Shown here: positions 36,763-49,644 of the stretch, piece after piece
How the letters are laid out: each line of letters opens with the position of its first letter
How positions within the stretch are numbered: position 1 is the stretch's first letter
DNA from: Octopus sinensis
Taxonomy: Eukaryota
Length of the DNA stretch: 64,000 nucleotides
Direction: 5' to 3'
Assembly: GCF_006345805.1 (NCBI RefSeq)
Contig: NC_043000.1
Location: 76,136,001-76,200,000, forward strand
Translations under genes and position numbers: made by a program
The notes under the pieces: generated by a model
What the model was told of the DNA's origin: nothing
Seen by the model: the letters and a program-made list of their open reading frames with translations, nothing else
Databases searched by the model: none

Positions 36763-39500
36763 CATAATCATGATCATCATCATTTAATGTCTGTTTTCCA
36801 TGCTGGCATGTATTGGACAGTTTGACTGAGGTCTAGAGAGTCAGCAGCTGCACCAGGCTCCAATCTGATCTGGCAATGTTTCTACAGCTGGATACCCTTC
36901 CTAACACCATCCACTCCGAGAGTGAAGTGGGTGCTTTTTACATGTTACTTGCACAGGAGCCAGTCAGGTAGGCCTAGCATCGTACACATTTGGATGGTGC
37001 CTTTTACGTTCCACTGGCACGGGAGACAGTCAGGGGCACTGGCATCAGCCATGTTCAGATGGTGTCTATTACATGCCAAGGGCATGGGAGCCAGTCAGAA
37101 GGCCCTGGCATCGATCATGTTCGAGTAGTGCTTTTTATGTGTCACCAGCACAGGAGCCAGTCAGGGTTCACTGGCATCAGTCATATTTGGATGGTGCTTT
37201 TTATGTGCCACTGGTACAGGAGCCAGTCAGGGAACACTGGCATGGGCCACGTTTGGATGATGCATTTTATGTGCCACCGGAACAGGAGCCAGTCAGGAGG
37301 CACTGACCACAGCTACGATTTTGGTTTTACTTGACTCAACAGGTCTTCTTAAGCATATCATGTTGCCTGACACAAGGGTACTTTTAAATGGGCCGGACAT
37401 GCAACACTGGCATCGACCATGGCTACAATCTCACTTTAGTTGCCAGGTCTTACACAGCATATCTCCAAAAATCTTGGTCTCCTGTCATTGCCTCTGTGAG
37501 ACCCAATGTTTTAAGGTCATGCTTCACCACCTAACCCCATGTCTTCCTGGGTTTACTTCTTCCACAGTAAGGGTGTGGTACTTCCTCACACAGCTCTCCT
37601 CATCCATACATAACATATGACCATACCAGTGCAGTCGTTTCCCTTGCACCACACATTTGAGGCTTCTTATGTCCAACATTTCTCTCAGGGCACACACACT
37701 GTCGTGTATGAACAGTGACATTATACATCCAGCAGATCATACTAGCTTCATTTCTTTCAAGCCTACACATGTCCTCAGCAGTCACGGCCTATATTTCACT
37801 GCCGTGTAGCATGGTAGTTCACACACATGCATCATACAGTCTACCTTTCATCCTGAGCAAGAGGCCCTTAGTTGCCAGCAGAGGTAGGAGCTCCCTGAAC
37901 TTTGCCCAGGCTATTCCTATTCTAACCGCTACACTCTCAGAGCAACCACCCTCACTATAGACTTGGTCGCTTAGGTAGTGGAAGCTATCAACTACTTCTA
38001 GTTTTTCCCTCTGGCATGTGATGGAACCTGTTGTCTGTACAACTTCAGTGTTTATTGCCCCTGTACATCTGCCACACACAAAAATTATCTTCCTGGTTAA
38101 CCTTCCTTTGATATTGCTGCCCCTTTTATGTGTCCATAGCTTACACTGGGTACATTGTATGGAGTTTCTACCCATGCCTTTTCTACAGATTGAGCAGGAC
38201 CATCTACTTGAAGGGGTTTCTGATTTGTCAGCCTTCCTACTTACTAAGGCTTTGGTTTTTGCTAGGTTAACTGTAAGGCCTTTCAATTCTAGACCTTACT
38301 TCCAAACCCTAAACTTTGTCTCCAGTTCTGGCAGTGAGCAAGGTCATCAGCATACAGGAGTTCCCAGGAGCAGCCTGTCTTGTATTCCTGTTATTGCCTG
38401 GAAGACTATGATGGATAAGAGGGTGCTGAGGACTGATCCTTGGTGAACCCCTACTGCTACCTGAAATTCTTCACTATACTCGTTGCTAAACCTCACCCTA
38501 CTGACAGCATCTCTGTACAGGGATTGTACAGCACTTACCAATCACTCGTCTATCCCTAGTTTCCACATTGACCACCAGACAAGGGATCAGGGAACCCTGT
38601 CAAAGGCTTTCACCAAGTCAACAAAGGCCAAAGGTTTATCTTTGGCTATGTATTTCTCCTGCAGCTGCCTTACCAGAAATATAGCAACAGTGGTGCTTCT
38701 CCCTGGCACAAAAAACCAAACTGCATCTCATTTAAGCTAACTCTCTCTGTAACTTGCATCACCTGATCTAGCAATTTGATACCTCTGAAATTATTCGTAT
38801 CTAAGGTGTCACCTTTACCTCTGTAGCAGTTGACTATGGTGCTGCTAAGCCAGAGATTGAGTATGACTCCTTCATGAACTACCTGATTTACGATGCAGGG
38901 GACAAGACCATAACCCACACCACCCAATATCTTAAGCATCTCAGTAGTGATTCCTGATGGGCCAGGTGCTTTCCCTGCCTTCATATCCTTAATTGCTTTA
39001 TCTACCACAGTACTGTCAATTCGGGTAGCTTGTCCATCAATTGGGTCAACCTTTGGCAGACTCTCCTCCTCCTATTCATTCTCCACATTCAGCAGTCTTT
39101 CATAATGGCATTTCCAAGCCTCTTTCTTTGCAGAATCATTAAACACAAGGGCACTATCATCCATGCAGACACATTTCTCGCATATGACATCATAGTTTTC
39201 TCTCACATATTGTCTTGCAAAACACAAAATACTTCAGTACTTTGGTCCTCACATTGCTGAACATTGGTAAAATTCTTTTCTCCTACTCCCTCGGTTATAT
39301 ATACCTGTCTCCTAGCTTCCCTTTTGACTATCTGATACAGTCCTCTGCTACCCCCACTCTAATGGCCCTGTCTATAGTATTGTTCACCCCACCATGTTAC
39401 CCTAGGTCTGGAAGGGACTTTGCACGAGCCACAGATTTAGTCTGTGGTGCTCAGCAAGCTGCCTCGCAGAAATTCCTAGCTGCCGTTTATGTCACAGGAC
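36763..39500 (-). mobile_element. Degenerate RTE-clade LINE, same family as 1700-4620, with (GAT)n tail
   Basis: KAPGPSGI, NFRGIKLL, GVHQGSVLS and LTVNLAKTK. PHD-like CSICRKG..CTQCKLWTH..CGRC. About 57-bp 3' UTR repeats at 36925-37320. Confidence 0.92.
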
Positions 39501-39920
39501 TGTATATGTACATACATATGAATGAATGTATGTATACACTCACAAACATCTATATTATATATATACAGTTGCTGACTGGCCAGGTTGTCAGCTGGCCCAA
39601 TGGCAAATGGGCCTTTTAAGCCATTAGAGTTCATATACGGGGGCCCATGTGAGTATGTAAGAAGTCCATGAAATCAAAACTTTGCTTTCAAAGAAATTAT
39701 CTGAAGTCTATGAGAAAGAATAAAAATTTAGAAAATAAAAACATAGTAAACAATTAAGCAAAGCAGTTGGTCAAAGATTTCCCTAGGGAATTAATAGAAA
39801 TCAAAATGTATCATACTGCAAACAGCTACTCAGTGGTGATAAAGTGTAACTAAATTTATATACATATCAATGCATATATACATACATACACACACACATA
39901 TATATATATATATGTATATC

Positions 39921-40323
39921 GTTGTGGAACTCTGTCAGTTACGATGACAAGGGTTCCAGTTGATCTGATCAATGGAACAGCCTGCTCATGAAATTGATGT
40001 GCAAGTGGCTGAGTACTCCACAGATACATGTACCCTTAATGTAGTTCTTGGGGAGATTCAGCATGACACACAGTGTGACAAAGCTGGCCCTTCGAAATAC
40101 AGGAACAACAGAAGCAGGAAGAAAGAGTGAGACAAAGTTGTGAAAGAGTACAGCAAGGTTTGCCACCAACCCTGACAGAGCATTGTGGAGCTTAAGGTGT
40201 TTTCGCTCACAACGCCTGGTCGGGGAATCAAAACCGTGATACCACACAACGCCTGGTCGGGGAATCGAAACCGCGATATCACGACTGAGTTCACTGCCCT
40301 AACCACTGGGCCATTGCACCTCC
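39921..40323 (-). mobile_element. Second tRNA-derived SINE family (partial copy at about 49945-50090)
   Basis: Minus-strand head ggaggtgcaatggcccagtggttagggcag..ggtttcgattcccc with A/B boxes. Internal duplication of about 40 bp at 40208-40280. Confidence 0.82.
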
Positions 40324-41099
40324 ACACACACACACACATAGGCACACACAGACATATACACATGATTGTCTCCTATTCATTTTCTTAGAGGACTCTGGCT
40401 GGCATTCGGTTGAACCTAGCACTTACTAGCCTCCACAGAGCAAGCAATAAAACCAGAAGCAGATTATAATTGACGTATATTTGTATGTATGTATGTGTGA
40501 TAGAGTGTATGTATGTCCATGTGTTTGTGCATGTATGTGTTTGTGTGTGTGTGTGCTTGTGAGTAAGTGTGAATGGACAGAAATTAGTTTAACAGAAAGA
40601 AGTTCAAATTTTTCTTTTCAATGCATGACTGAGCAATGACCCTGGAATTAAAGACGTGCGCACGTACACACACACACACGAACATGCATACATTGGCACT
40701 TGTAAACTTCATTCTTTCTCTGAGGCAGTGAAAAACTGGTCTTTACAAACGAACAAGTAAAAAATGTTCTAAAATGTAAATTTTGAATTTAGCTTTAATT
40801 ATAAAATTACATCTCACAACAGTTAAAAACATTTTTTTTTTTTTGGCTTTTGAATTATTTGCATGTATCTTCAAATGTTTTCCATTAAATTGCAACTTTC
40901 TTTCTTTTGTCTATATTTTCGTCATTTTGTACCATTCCAATTTATCAAACATTTGAAATTACTATGGGGCAGAATAAGTAATTCTTGATTTCTTGTTATT
41001 TTCTCCCTACCTTTTTAAATCTATTACATTGCAAGTAATGCATCATTTGCTCTGTTGCATCATCTTTAGGAGTAAATTTTATACACGTACATGAATTTT

Positions 41100-41400
41100 G
41101 TACACGTACAAGAACCCCTGTGGTGTCAGATCTGTGGCAAGCATACAACACCATACAACAGAGGATTCCAACATCTGACAGTGAATCATCAAATGAATTT
41201 CATTGATCCTATGACGAGCCCACACTAATACAGCTGAAAACCTGTGGATGATAGCAAAATGGAGGAACAAGAAGAAGAGTGGAACTTCACGTTCACTCCT
41301 TGACACTTATTTGGTCGAGTTTATGTGGAGACAAAAATATGCTAATGGTATTGTTTTCAACAATATTATTAGTCAAATTCGTGAAGTTTACCCTGTATGA
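41100..41400 (+). mobile_element. Merlin (IS1016/ISXO2-like DDE) transposase C-terminal relic
   Basis: SDLWQAY..GFQHLTVNHQMNFIDP..HTNTAENLW..LDTYLVEFMWR, read across frameshifts. Confidence 0.8.
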
Positions 41401-42721
41401 ATGCTTAACTCATATTAACCCACTCTCCTCGTTTGAGGACAGCTGAAATCAATTTTTTCATATTCATGAAATAAATTTTTCAGTATGTTTTTTATCTGAC
41501 AGAAATCACAAAGGAATCTGAAAATTTTTTAATTACCACTTCAAGAAATGGGAGTGGGGTGAGGAAATTGAAGACAGTTTGGCTACCAGCATTTCAAAAC
41601 TTAAAGTTTATCGAAAATTTTAAAATTTGGCACAATAATGTACTCATCTTGTCAAGTGAAAACAAAGCAAATAAATTGTGGGGCAGGAATTGAAATTTAG
41701 AAAAATTTTTTTATTTGCTAAATCAATCTCCGATATTGAAAACATGAATTCAAAAAAAATTCTTTTTAAATTACTGGTTCAAAAGTAGAGTGGAATTCCA
41801 AAGAAGTACCGATTAATTTATTTTAATAGTATACAATTTTGTCAGTAAATATGTTTTCTTATACACATATACACACACCTTACATACACACACACAGAGT
41901 CTCACTTAGTTGGGTGGAGATGGGGATTTGAATTTCAAATTTTTGTTGTTGCTTAGACCCCTGTAATGTACCATGCATGTGTTACTTCCGTATCATCATT
42001 CCATAAAATGTGCTTATGGGAAAAAAGTTATGGAAAAACATCAATACATGTGAGTGACAAGGAAATGAGGATGTGCAAGAAACAAGAGCCAAATCGCCCT
42101 TAAATCACACACCCTTCCGTTTGAAAATATTTACATCTTTTTTTTTTACCGAAAAGGCTTCTCTCATGGGTTTTAAGTGTGTAGTGCCAAAAAAATTTAC
42201 CAATATCAACCAGGAGGATAGGGCTGAGGTGAGAAGGAAAATTATGAATTTTCAAAAAAATTTTTCATAATCCGCCCCCACCGACACATCACCTCGAAAA
42301 ATCCGTCAAAACAGAGAAAATTAGACCTAATGAGGGCGTCCTGATCCGAAACTCCACCTCAATAATTTCTTCTTAACTGCATGATGGATAAAAATATATT
42401 GATTTTCATTTTTTTACCTACAAATTCAGGCATCAAAAGTATAAAGAGCAGAAATAATGCAGACACAAAAGGGTTTAAATATTTACTTTCAAGAATTATT
42501 GCTCGTTGTCACACCATTTCTTGAAGAAAAAATGATGATATAAGGTTGTGAGGGTGAATAATACTATTTATCTGGTGGGCCCCCTTAGTCTCCTGGCACC
42601 CAATATTTTTAGACCCAGTCCACCACTGTGTGTGTGTGTATATATATATATCCCTTTCATTATTTTAAAATTCACATTATATATATATATATCCCGTTCA
42701 TCATTTTAAAGTTCATGTTCT

Positions 42722-42762
<41 letters not shown>

Positions 42763-42792
42763 CGTGTGTGCAAACACACACACACACATATG

Positions 42793-44015
42793 CAGGGTGT
42801 CCCAAAAAATGTATACAAGCAATGAATAGTTATAAACTGAGTGTCTAGGAATACATTTCATTTTCAAAATTTAATAGAATTTACAGACTTACTTAATTTT
42901 TTAATAAATGCCTGTTTTTACACTGATGACCATTCTGATCCAGGAACTTGCTAATAATGCAAGGCAATAGAATTGCAAGCATCAAGAAACATTTTGTTCG
43001 GTATTTGTGCACATTCTTGTTCAATGGCTGCCCTCAATTTGTCAACTGTTACCAGTTTTGTACCATAAACTTTACCTTTTAAGCATCCCCATGAAAATAT
43101 AAAAAAAGTAAGGCAAGTGGTGTAAGGTCTGGTGAACACAGTAAATCTACTGAACCTCTTTATCAAATTCACCAGTTTTGCAAAACCTTATTAAGACAGG
43201 CCCTTAAGATAGGTCCTATGCTAGTGGAGAAATTGTGAGTAATTAAACACCATATTTTCAAAGTCCTCTTGAATACTTGGCATGGCTGATTGTCACAGCA
43301 AGTTCAAGTAAATGGAACCAGTTATAGTATCATCAAAAAAGAATGAGCCAATTAATCCTTTTGATGATAAGCCACACTATACTATAACTTCTGGTAAATT
43401 AACGTGATGCTCCTCCATAATATGTGGATTCCCAGGTTCTCTGTAGGTGCAACTGTGGAAGTTAGTTGAGCCATTTCCTTTGAATGTAGCCTCTTCACTC
43501 CAAACAATCTTTGTTGAAAAGTGTGCATCTGCTACATGTACTGTCAAGTACAACTTGCAAAATTTTGGTTTGATTTATCTTTGTTGAGAGCATGGACTAT
43601 TTTTGGAATGTAACTTTTCCAATGACAGCAATTCAAACAGATGCTTGATTTTCAAATTCCTGGCTCATGAGTTGCTTCCTACACAGATTTTCTTGAAGTT
43701 TGGTGTTTCAAGTACCCTTTATTGTTTTGCGAGGTTTTTCAATGTCTGCAGTTTTCTGAATTGTTTCTTGTAGACATTCTGAATAGATCCACCTTCTTCA
43801 AACTTCTCTCTAATTCAAGTGATGATAAGTTGTGAATCTGTTTGAAACTCCCTAAATAATCAGTGTACTTTATGTTTACAAATTTTCAGGAACACCTGAA
43901 GAAAATTTCCTTTGTCCAAAGCTTATTTTGGTCCCTTTCATTCTTTCTAAAACATTAAATTGAAAAAGAAGTGAAAATGACTTTTCAGATGTTAAAGCAT
44001 GCATAGATTTTAGGG
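42793..44015 (-). mobile_element. Degenerate Tc1/mariner superfamily element (rosa/DD41D-like)
   Basis: End reads cagggtgtccc. Residual WSEEA..NG..NPH, TITG..YL and FSWGCLKGKVY motifs. Confidence 0.7.
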
Positions 44016-44141
44016 GATGTACGCGCGCGTGCGTGCATGTGAAAACTGTAAAACTGAAAGGAAACAGACATAGTCAATGTCATTGTTTTGTTGCTGTACT
44101 TTTATTTTTATCATTATTATTATTATGATTATCATTCTAAC

Positions 44142-44308
44142 CTGAGAACAGTTTTATTCCTTTCTCAATCAGTAGTATATTCATCCACATTCCGCAAACT
44201 TTCTCTTGCAACTCAGCAAATGTCTTTTTTCTGGCTGATGTCGAACCAATGCCAGTTGATTCAAAAAACACAGTTTTGGCCATTTCTTGGTATTCTTGTG
44301 AAAGTGGT
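44142..44308 (-). CDS. UFL1: UFL1 exon (167 nt), RPLSQEYQEMAKTVFFES...RKKTFAELQEKVCGMWMNILLIEKGIKLFS
   Basis: Acceptor attttctag and donor gttaga. Resembles UFL1 PLNKTYLEVVRSVF...RKRTIKDLQEEV...FEKGMKFF. Confidence 0.92.
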
Positions 44309-44439
44309 CTAGAAAATAATAAAACAATCAATTGAGTAGTTAGGTCTTTAAGAGATGTATTAAGGATCATAGGAGTAGCAGTAGTGACTGTTTAGCCTAA
44401 GAACAGTCCTGATAAAATTATAGGTTCAATCAAATGTAA

Positions 44440-45100
44440 TAGGGGCAGAAGAATAACAGGAAGGTTAATGGTGAAAGTTTTTGTATGTGGAAGATGCATT
44501 GGTGCCATAAAGTCCAAAGTCACACAGAAAATTGATTTTCTGAAATACCATGGAGGCTCCCATGAGGTATTAGATAATTTGTTACCTAGGTAACCTAATT
44601 ATCAGTGGAGAAGGATGTTCTGAAGATGTAGTTGCTAGAATAAGACTAGGATGGAGAAAGTTTATGAGAGCTATAATCTTTGTTGGCAACAAAATGTCTA
44701 TCTGCCTCTCCTAGAGAGAGGAATATTGTATGATGCCTGTGTATGTACAGTAGCAAGACACAGGCCCTGACTGCAGAGGACATGCAGAGACGAGAGGAAT
44801 GAAATGAGTATGTTTTATTGGATGTGCAATATTAGCATGCATATACAACAAAGCACAGATGTATTGAGAGAAAAGTTAGAAATAAGAGAAATCAGATGCA
44901 GCAGATCTGTGTTGGTTTGGTTGTGTGATGCATATGGATAAGTACAGTTGCATGGAAGAGGGAGACCCAGGAAGACATGGAATGAAGTACTGAAGGCTGA
45001 TTTCACATCTCACAATCCTGAGCCTTATGGAGATGACAAAGGACCAAGATGATTGGTGTTTTGCTGTGCTCAAGAAGACCCAACTATAACAGCATATATG
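44440..45100 (+). mobile_element. Old RTE fragment, antisense to UFL1
   Basis: VFVCGRC..CYLG..GCSEDVVARIRLGWRKF..GRGRPRKTW, homologous to 37450-38130 in the opposite orientation. Confidence 0.8.
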
Positions 45101-46137
45101 GTACCCTAAAACCGCTTGGCTATGTTTGTAAACAGAAGGCCTTGTACCCTTCTTCTTTTCCCTCTCTAAGATATGTTAAAAATTCCCCATCTATGGTACT
45201 ACTTGGCTTCTGTATTTACCTGGGAGTAGAATCAACACATATTATATCCTGTCCTGTTCCTAACAGTTTGCCCACACTATTTCAACAAATCACCTTCTTT
45301 CTGTGCCTTCATCCACTGCTATACTCCATTTTAAACGCTTCTCTTATCTGCTATCATTCTCAATGCTTTCTTATATCTACCATGAAACCCCACTTATTAT
45401 AGTCCCTTATGTATCCCTATATCTTAGAGGCCCTGGAAGAATTTCAAATATGCTACCTTTTAAAAGGTATATCAGCCATGACCATCCTATCTCTCTTCCA
45501 CGAACAATGCATCAAGAGATACATTATTTAACATGTTCTCTTCTAAGACTATACAGTATGATTTCTAGCATTCTGAGTGCATATTGGTATTGTGTGTGTG
45601 TGTGCGCATGCACGTGCGTGTGAACATTCTACTCTACCTCCCCAACAATAGTCTTATAAAAAGATACCAAAATGTTGAATTTTAGTGTTAAAATAAGGTT
45701 CCATGAGGATACAGGTGACCAGGCTCCTGTAAATTACTGGTACTCGAGTTATTGATGTTCAGCCTAAGATTGGCTCTTATTCAAAGGCATCCCAGCTGTG
45801 ACTATTCTATCTAAGCAGTCCCCTTTGTATGATTTGAGAGAGATTTTATTGCTATGTCTACCAAATCCAGTGAACATGGAAAGGTTCTCACAGAGGCCAT
45901 TTGGTATTTAGGTTATGAACAAAAGAAAGAAAGAAATGTGTAGTTAACATTTGTGTGATTTGAACTCAGAATATACAGAAATGTAAATGTCAGGCACTTT
46001 GTCTAGAGCCTTACTGATTTCACAATTCACTGCCTTTAACATGTCAAAATATTGCAACATAACTGAAAACACTACAATTCCAGATAAAAACAAATGATGA
46101 TGTGGAGGAGGAAGAGGTAGAGAGTGAGAAGACATAC

Positions 46138-46399
46138 CTGTATAACTGTGTAGCAATCTCCGTAACGAGTTCTTCTGGGGAATCAAGCAATTTCTTTTCT
46201 TTCTTCAGGATTTCTTCAATTTCATCAATTTCCATGAAACTTAATGTTTTGTGTTGTCCAGACACCTCTTCATCAGAATCTTCATTACCACCTTTACTGC
46301 TGCCACTAGTACAATATTTCTTTTTTGTTACTTTAGTTTTTACCTCCCGAGCCTGAGAACTACTAGCACCACCACCACCACCACCACCTTTGCTGCCAC
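46138..46399 (-). CDS. UFL1: UFL1 exon (262 nt), GGSKGGGGGGGASSSQAREVKTKVTKKK...FMEIDEIEEILKKEKKLLDSPEELVTEIATQLY(R)
   Basis: Acceptor ctgcatag and donor gtatgt. Gly tract, ARE.K.K..KKK and FM..DEIE..L...D.PEE motifs are typical of UFL1. Confidence 0.92.
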
Positions 46400-46537
46400 C
46401 TATGCAGTGTTAAAAAAATATTAAGTTTTGATATTTAAAGGCCTAACTGAAAATATGTCAGCCTAGGTTTTTAACTTAAGGCACAGCTAACTGGATCTTT
46501 AATTCAAGATATATGTACACACACACACACAAACACA

Positions 46538-47150
46538 CAAGGTGTTCAGACAAAGTTTGACAGTTTGTATAAAAGGAAAAGAAAATTCAATATCCCATCC
46601 AAAAATAAAAGTATTTTAAGAAATCAAAAAATATCAACTAGATTATGACTGGGAAATAACAGTTTACACAAAGTAGCCTTCCTCAGCTTCCACCATAGCC
46701 TCAAGATAACTCTGGAACCTAGTGTAGGCATTTCTCACTGTGTCTGGCCACTGGCTTGACCTTGGTGTTGCAGGTAGAGTGGTTGGTATCTTTCTCAACT
46801 GCACCCACACACAAAGTAATTCATGGGATTACAATAAGCGGAATTAGGAGGTCAGAAATTTGGGCTGGCAAAGTTGTAGAAATTCTCTGACAACTACTTC
46901 TGACTCTTTCTGGCAGTATGGCTAAGAGCTGAAACCTGTCACACATATGGTCTTCAAACAGCAACCCTCTCCAACCAGTGTTTGACCAGTCTCCAGCAGC
47001 TTCACATAGCCTTCTGAATTGAGCCTAAGACTCTGTTCAAAGATATGAAGCAGCACAATGTCACTCCCACTAGAGAAACACCCAAAGACCACCACAGATT
47101 GGAGGAATTTGGTTTTCATTATGCATGAGACATCAAATGGATTTTAGGCA
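46538..47150 (-). mobile_element. Tc1/mariner fragment (maT/DD37D-like C-terminal half)
   Basis: TKFLQSVVVFG..HIFEQSLRLNSEGYVKLL and PPNSAYCNPMNY motifs. Confidence 0.68.
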
Positions 47151-47154
47151 AGCT

Positions 47155-48615
47155 ACATTGTGGTTTTGTCTTAGAAAAGTAATCATTTACTTCAAGCATA
47201 GTTTTGTGGCCCCAGGAAAGGAACCACTGGTTATTGTTGCAACCTGATATAAGGAACCTTTTACTATAGTCATTGTGGCCATGGGTAACAAATCTTTTAC
47301 TAACATCGTTGAGATGTGATCACAGGTAACAAATATTTTACTATAAGTCATAGTATTTTAGTACTGGCTAAGGAATCACAGTGTTGTGGCTCTGCATAAG
47401 GAACATTTTACTACTATTGTCATGGTTTTGTGAAAGAAACATTCTTATATTGTGGTTCTAGTAAGACACCTTTAACTACATTCATTGTATTGTGGGTCTG
47501 AGAAAGGAAGCTTTAAATTCTGTGACCCAGAGTGAAAGAATATCTTATAAATAGTCATTGTATTGTTGTCCATTGCAACTAACCTTTTACTACATTCATT
47601 ATGATCTGGTCATGGGTAAAGAATATTTTACAACAGTCATGGGTTGTGACCCCAGGAAAGGAATCTTTTAATCCTTTTCTTGCCATATTTTCATCGATAA
47701 ACACTGTTTTAGTTTCAATTAATTTTGAAAATAATGAAGGTAAAGTAACTTTGTTGTTATGAAGCTGAAGTTTGGAAAATAAATCAATATGAAATTTTAA
47801 GGCAATGTTTTGAATTTAAATTACCTTAAAACAGAAAGATTTTACTACGGAAAGTAGGGTGCTCTCAGACAGTTTGATATCAAAAAGGTTCATCAAGTCA
47901 TTGTATTGCAGCCCTGAGTAATGAACCTGTTACAATAGTTATTGTGTTGTGGCCCCAGGCAAGGATATGTACTAGCCATTGTGTAGTGAGCCTGAGAAAG
48001 GAACTACTTACTAGAAGCATTGAGTTACGTAGCTGCATAAGGAACCTTTCAGTACATTCATAGTGTTGTGACTATGGGTAGGTAACATTTATTAGTCACT
48101 GTTTCGTATCTTTACAGTGATTGTGTTGTGGTAAAGAACCTGTTACTACAGTCATGGTGTTGGACTCCTGGGTATGAAACTTACTGCAGTCATCAGGTTG
48201 CAGTCTTGAGTAAAAGAAACTTTAAATTTTGTCAATATTTTGTGTCCTTCAGTCTTACAGTGATTGTGTTAGATTCCTAGGTATGGAAATTCATAAAACC
48301 GTCATTTACTACAAACATTGAATTGGGCCACAAGGTTAAAGCACATTTTATTAAAGCCAATATGTTGAGGCCATGAGTAAAGGTACTTTGAATTAGTCAC
48401 AGTGTTGTGAACCTGAGTAAGGAAACTTTTACAACAGTTGTGTCTCTGGGTAAGAAACCACTTACAACAGTCAGTATTGACACCTTGAGTAAGGACCTTT
48501 TACTATAGTGATGTGATATGGAACATTTCACCAAACTGATAGTGTTGTGGCTATGGAGAAAGAACTTTTTACCAGTCATGTTATTGTGAGCTTAGATAAG
48601 GAATCTTTTACTAAT
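47155..48615. repeat. Degenerate minisatellite array of about 41-bp units
   Basis: Consensus close to tcattgtgttgtggccc.gggtaaggaaccttttacta.ag, repeated throughout with contiguous units. Confidence 0.85.
47668..47892 (-). mobile_element. piggyBac-derived MITE inserted in the minisatellite; related copy at about 62060-62785
   Basis: ttaa..ttca flanks. Internal aattaattgaaac..aaatat motif shared with the right end of 27981-29021. Confidence 0.5.
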
Positions 48616-48771
48616 GTCTGACTGAGAAAAAAAAACCAAAGTACTGCACATTTATGGGATTAATAATAGAAAGGGAATCAATCAACATCCAATAAATACA
48701 CAATCAATTAATTGGGGAAAATATACGTAAAACATTGAAAACAGAGCATTATTCAATATAATGAAACACAC

Positions 48772-48877
48772 CTTTTTTCTTTCTACTATCTCTTTTGTCT
48801 TCTTTAACTTCATTATTTTTCATACTGCTTCCAAGTTTCTTAGCAACCTTAAACACGGCAGTGTTAGATTTGGAATC
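48772..48877 (-). CDS. UFL1: UFL1 exon (106 nt), DSKSNTAVFKVAKKLGSSMKNNEVKEDKRDSRKKK(G)
   Basis: Acceptor gttgtcag and donor gtgtgt. Open in the expected frame, and ends in the basic KxDKxDxRxxK segment that precedes the Gly-rich tract of UFL1. Confidence 0.82.
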
Positions 48878-49644
48878 CTGACAACATAAAATGCAATAAA
48901 ATCATGATTCATTTTATATTTTTATTTATAATCTGTTTTTATTCACTTCTGAATGTCCAGACAATTTCATATTTCAAACTATATGTGTTTTGCTTCATTT
49001 GTATATTTGGATTCCTGAACACTGCAGATTAAACAGATTTTCAAATCTTAGAAAATATTTTTCTATTATGAAATGTTTCATTGGGTGGAAGTTGACATAT
49101 GCCTTCTGCTATTGAGAAATTGAGAAATTTTGAAATAATTTTATTTAAGAAATGAAGTAAAAATTTATAATAGCTTTTAAAAAAAGTGGACAGATTCACT
49201 AACAGGAATTAAACAAGATATCTAAATACTTCAAACAAACCAAAACAATTCATTTTTCCCTTACACATAAAAGTTTTTAATCTGAGTGCTAAAATTTGTT
49301 TTTCCTTGGTTTATCAACACATGCATGTGGTTCAATTCCATTAGGTGAATCTGTCCACATTCTTCCCCTCTAAGGCATACTTTATCTGACATTTTACGAG
49401 TTATATATTTATCGGTTATTTATACTTATAAGTAGAACGAATCAGTGTATTCAAATAAAAAATGCTGTGATTAATGTCTGATGGAGTTATCTCCCCTTAT
49501 ATCAATGTCCACTTGGCATTTTCTAAATGAGAACCGAAATCAGCTCCATACACAGTACTGGGGTTGATATAATCAACTAAACCCTTTCATCTATGGTCGT
49601 ACTGAGACAAGGCTATGGTCTAATGAAAAAAAAATATCTTCTAC

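Larger units (their letters stand above)
39566..42628. mobile_element. Possible old hAT-like non-autonomous element carrying nested inserts
   Basis: Imperfect TIRs cagttgctgactgg / ccagtccaccactg with subterminal gggccc motifs. No clear TSD. Confidence 0.35.

Noticed and set aside
41100-41400. Bacterial IS contamination
   Set aside because: The fragment is degraded and embedded in host repeats, which fits eukaryotic Merlin better.
47155-48615. CRISPR-like array
   Set aside because: Units are contiguous and degenerate, with no unique spacers and no cas genes, and they lie in a eukaryotic intron.
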